Shown here: piece by piece, positions 61,043 through 64,000 of the stretch
Numbering within the stretch: position 1 is the stretch's first letter
Layout: every line of letters starts with the position of its first letter
Position numbers and translations under genes: made by a program
The notes under the pieces: generated by a model
Databases searched by the model: none
Seen by the model: the letters and a program-made list of their open reading frames with translations, nothing else
Told to the model about the DNA's origin: nothing
NCBI GenBank assembly: GCA_036397255.1
Contig: DASWJH010000053.1
Span: 12,772-76,771, forward strand
Length of the DNA: 64,000 nt
DNA from: Nitrospiria bacterium
GTDB lineage: Bacteria; Nitrospirota; Nitrospiria; DASWJH01
Direction: 5' to 3'

Positions 61043-61883
61043 GATGAAGACAGAGGATTATCTTTCCCAACAATTTCTTGCATCTCACCCTGGGGATGGC
61101 GCGCTTCTCCTCCAACATTTTTCTATTGAGGAATTAAGAGGTTTCTTTCTTGAAATAAAGCCTTCCATTGCTTCCATTGTCTTGGAATACATGCCACCGA
61201 TGATGGCATCAGAAATAATAATCGGTCTAGATCTGGAATGTGCCGGTTCGATTTTGGAAAAACTGTCTATACCAGTGGCGGCGGGTCTTTTTCGAAGAAT
61301 CAGCACGAAACATCGTATTTCTCTTCTAGGGGTTCTTCCAAAAAAAATTTCTTTTAAAATTCAAGCCGTTCTTCATTATCCTTCAGGTACCGCAGGGGCT
61401 CTGATGGACCCTAACGTTTTTGCGGTGCCGAGCCATTTTAACATCCGTGAGGCCCGATTTCAGATGAAGCGTTTTTCTCAGGATTTACTTTCCTATCTCT
61501 ATATCGTTGATTCAACCCAGAAACTATTGGGGGTAATGAGTATCCGTGAATTAATGGTGGCCCGGCCCCGGGACAGGGTTTCCTCTGTGATGAATTTTCC
61601 TGTATCAACCATTTCAGGCCATGCCAGCGAAGGGGCGATTCTCAACCACCCAGGATGGAGGACCTTTCATAAAATACCGGTCACTGAAAAAGGCGGTCTT
61701 TTGGTGGGGATCATTCGCTATAAAACCCTTCGAAAACTGGAAGGGATTTACATCGGGCCTCCCCTGGAAAAAACAGCTCTCGAATTTACCTTTCGGTTGG
61801 GTGAGGTTTATTGGGTGGGAATAGCGGCCATGATCCAAAGTCTTAACGGTGCGATGAGAAGGACTGGCAAATCCAAAAATTAA
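61026..61883 (+). CDS. MgtE N-terminal domain plus CBS-pair protein lacking the MgtE transmembrane domain
   Basis: 285 aa. The motif HYPSGTAGALMDP parallels TYPSDSAGNLMDP of the downstream MgtE. No TM helices. Confidence 0.65.
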   Translation: MPRGVRMKTEDYLSQQFLASHPGDGALLLQHFSIEELRGFFLEIKPSIASIVLEYMPPMMASEIIIGLDLECAGSILEKLSIPVAAGLFRRISTKHRISLLGVLPKKISFKIQAVLHYPSGTAGALMDPNVFAVPSHFNIREARFQMKRFSQDLLSYLYIVDSTQKLLGVMSIRELMVARPRDRVSSVMNFPVSTISGHASEGAILNHPGWRTFHKIPVTEKGGLLVGIIRYKTLRKLEGIYIGPPLEKTALEFTFRLGEVYWVGIAAMIQSLNGAMRRTGKSKN

Positions 61884-61895
61884 GGGAGAGATGTA

Positions 61896-63206
61896 ATGAC
61901 CGTCCGTTTAAATGCAGTGGCAGAGGATTTGGCGCAAAATTTTTTCCGACTCTACCCCGAGGAGGCAGCTCAGGCGCTCAGTAATCGTTCCCCTACTAGA
62001 GAAGTGCCCCAAATTTTGGATGCCCAAACGGTTTATCAGGCCGCCACCATTATGGAAAGGTTTCCTCTGGATTTTTCCGCAGAGGTTATTTTAAATGCAG
62101 GCGGAGATTTTCCTCAAAAAATGCTTTCGGCCCTTGACCCGTTGAAGGCAGCCTTGATTCTTGCTCGCCTGGATCCGGAGTTCCAGGAAAAACAATTCTC
62201 TCTTTTAGATCCTAAAAGGGTCCGATTGCTCAAATCTATTATGACCTATCCGAGCGATTCTGCCGGAAACCTTATGGACCCTCAGTTTTTGTCTTTTCCC
62301 CCTGAAACATCCGTAAAAAATGCACTGACGAAATTAAGGGCTCTCAAAGGAAAAAGGATTTATGACCTTTTGGTGGTGGATGGTGATGGAAAGCTGTTGG
62401 GGGTTATTCCCCTACAAAAATTAGCGGTTAGCCCTGCCAACCAACCTTTGGGGGCTCTCTATCAGGCCCAGCCGGTTTCAGTTCATGATATGGCAAACCG
62501 ACAAGAAGTTTTAGATTTAATGGAGCAATTCAAAGTAAACACCCTTCCGGTGGTCAACCTTAATCAACGTGTTTTAGGAATTATTCAACAGGATTCTCTG
62601 GTGGTGACGGCACAAGAAGAGGTTAGTGCTGATATTCAAACCATGGTGGGAGCCAGTAAGGAAGAGCGTGCTTTGTCCAAGTCGACCTTTGCGGTTCGAA
62701 AAAGGCTTCCCTGGCTTCAAATAAATTTATTAACCGCTTTCTTGGCGGCAGCGGTGGTGGGTCTTTTTGAAAGTACCATTGCACAATTTACCGCGCTTGC
62801 AGTTTTACTTCCTGTTGTTGCGGGACAATCAGGGAATACGGGGGCCCAGGCTTTGGCAGTGACGATGCGAGGATTGACCCTCAGGGAGATCAGGGTGTAT
62901 CAATGGTTTCAAGTATTAATCAAAGAAACCCAGGTGGGGTTTATTAATGGGTGTGCCGTTGCGGCAACCACATCATTTGCGGTGTTTATTTGGAGCCAAT
63001 CTACCGGTCTTGCCATGATTATCGGTTTTTCAATGGTGTTATCCATGATTGCGGCGGGAATCGCAGGTGTTGCCGTTCCCATGATTTTAACCGCAATGGG
63101 TCAGGATCCAGCACAATCTTCTTCTATTATTCTGACCACGGTTACCGATGTGGTTGGGTTCTTTAGTTTTCTTGGGATCGCAACCTTGCTGGCCGGGTCC
63201 ATATAA
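61896..63206 (+). CDS. mgtE: Magnesium transporter MgtE
   Basis: 436 aa. MgtE_N domain, CBS pair and a C-terminal 5-TM MgtE domain (LTAFLAAAVVGLFE...VTDVVGFFSFLG). Confidence 0.8.
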   Translation: MTVRLNAVAEDLAQNFFRLYPEEAAQALSNRSPTREVPQILDAQTVYQAATIMERFPLDFSAEVILNAGGDFPQKMLSALDPLKAALILARLDPEFQEKQFSLLDPKRVRLLKSIMTYPSDSAGNLMDPQFLSFPPETSVKNALTKLRALKGKRIYDLLVVDGDGKLLGVIPLQKLAVSPANQPLGALYQAQPVSVHDMANRQEVLDLMEQFKVNTLPVVNLNQRVLGIIQQDSLVVTAQEEVSADIQTMVGASKEERALSKSTFAVRKRLPWLQINLLTAFLAAAVVGLFESTIAQFTALAVLLPVVAGQSGNTGAQALAVTMRGLTLREIRVYQWFQVLIKETQVGFINGCAVAATTSFAVFIWSQSTGLAMIIGFSMVLSMIAAGIAGVAVPMILTAMGQDPAQSSSIILTTVTDVVGFFSFLGIATLLAGSI

Positions 63207-63422
63207 TTAAAAACTTTTTGACTCCCCCTTCCACGGTTTTTTCTAAAAACATTTTAAGGCGGATTTCAAAAAGATTGATCATCCAGAAACAGGACCATAT
63301 GATGAGCCGGAAACAGACTGGTCCCGCTAATGGGGGGCAGGAGTCTGATAAAGCGGAGGTTTTTTTCTGTTTCGTACTCTCTATAAACCATTTAAAAATT
63401 ATTTAAGAACGGGAGCAGTTTA

Positions 63423-64000
63423 GTGGAAAAAATATCGGGTAAAAAAAATGTGTGGTGGGGTCAATTTAAAATTCCCATAGGTCAAATTGGGTTTTGGCGG
63501 ATCGGAACAATGGCCTTATGGATCCAAAGGTTTGAAAAAGAATGGCGAATAGGCTATCAATCAAAAGGGGACCCAAACGAAGATACGTTAGAGGTTCATG
63601 TTTCGGGCCAAGAGAAAGAAATTCCTCAAGAAGCGGAGATCAGCCGATTTAGTTTTCGTCAGACAGATGGGACCCTAAGCATTCTTCCGGTTTTGGCCGA
63701 CCGGCCGGTCATTACCCGCCCCGAAACCCATTTTTCAATTCCCAGTGGTGAAGAAATCATTTTATTTGTGGGTTCTCCCTTGTGGGTGAAAATTTCGGTG
63801 GGATCTACACCCCATGTGTTAAAGGAATTTCCGATCTATAGGCCCTCTGATACCTGGTTTGGTCCTTCCACTCGGGAGGGGGAGTTGTGTTATGCCACCC
63901 GGACTCAAGCCCGCCTGAAATGTGAGGAGGTGTCCTTTCGTCCGAATCGGGCGGTAACTCCGGTTCTGATTCGAAACCAGGCCAAAGGGTCCCTTTCGCT
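63423..64000 (+). CDS. Hypothetical protein; 3' end lies outside the window (not in the supplied ORF track)
   Basis: Hand translation from the GTG at 63423 runs stop-free to the window end, giving at least 192 codons (MEKISGKKNVWWGQFKIPIGQIGFWRIGTMALWIQRF...). The GTG lies 8 nt after a GGGAG RBS. Confidence 0.4.
   Translation, partial: MEKISGKKNVWWGQFKIPIGQIGFWRIGTMALWIQRFEKEWRIGYQSKGDPNEDTLEVHVSGQEKEIPQEAEISRFSFRQTDGTLSILPVLADRPVITRPETHFSIPSGEEIILFVGSPLWVKISVGSTPHVLKEFPIYRPSDTWFGPSTREGELCYATRTQARLKCEEVSFRPNRAVTPVLIRNQAKGSLS

Noticed and set aside
1-64000. CRISPR arrays, tRNA or rRNA genes
   Set aside because: No direct-repeat/spacer periodicity was seen in any intergenic region. No cloverleaf-compatible 70-90 nt GC-rich islands with a CCA or T-loop consensus were evident by eye. 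This is not exhaustive without tRNAscan or Infernal.

Overview
This 64 kb window is moderately AT-rich and gene-dense, and appears to be chromosomal. It most likely comes from a chemolithotroph-like bacterium, judging by a copper nitrite reductase NirK next to a pentaheme cytochrome c, an ECF sigma/anti-sigma pair and Na+/H+ and Mg2+ transporters. The taxon cannot be assigned from sequence alone.

The dominant feature is a ~16 kb co-oriented alpha-glucan/trehalose cluster on the minus strand: GlgE, a TreS-maltokinase fusion, GlgB, GlgX, TreZ, TreY and MalQ. It is flanked upstream by a GpgS/MpgS-like (GT81-type) glycosyltransferase. That gene is followed by a two-gene module, a second GT81-like glycosyltransferase plus a 234-aa MscS-N-terminal-like 'TM-helix' membrane protein. 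This module is duplicated about 35 kb away, directly after an alpha-glucan phosphorylase (GlgP).

Other content includes housekeeping genes (rplM-rpsI-argC-argJ, ilvE, queD, add), transporters (NhaA, SLC13/TrkA-C, two Ca/Mg-type P-type ATPases, MscS and MgtE with a TM-less MgtE-N/CBS paralog, TerC, MarC), a phosphoketolase/acetate kinase operon and a histidine kinase/response regulator pair.

Non-coding observations:
- A MITE-like palindromic repeat family (terminal inverted repeats GTCATTCCCG...CGGGAATGAC) has two copies, one immediately upstream of the cytochrome c-nirK operon.
- A hairpin-rich leader carrying a strong intrinsic terminator lies upstream of the complete P-type ATPase.
- Three near-consensus sigma70 promoters were found, two of them followed by ~265-300 nt leaders.
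- A short K/P/G-rich peptide ORF with a strong RBS and a 13-bp-stem terminator is present.
- A decaying segment contains a DUF2062 gene frameshifted at a G7/C7 homopolymer and an N-terminally disrupted ManC-like nucleotidyltransferase next to a ~600 bp AT-rich spacer.

No rRNA, tRNA or CRISPR arrays were seen by eye.
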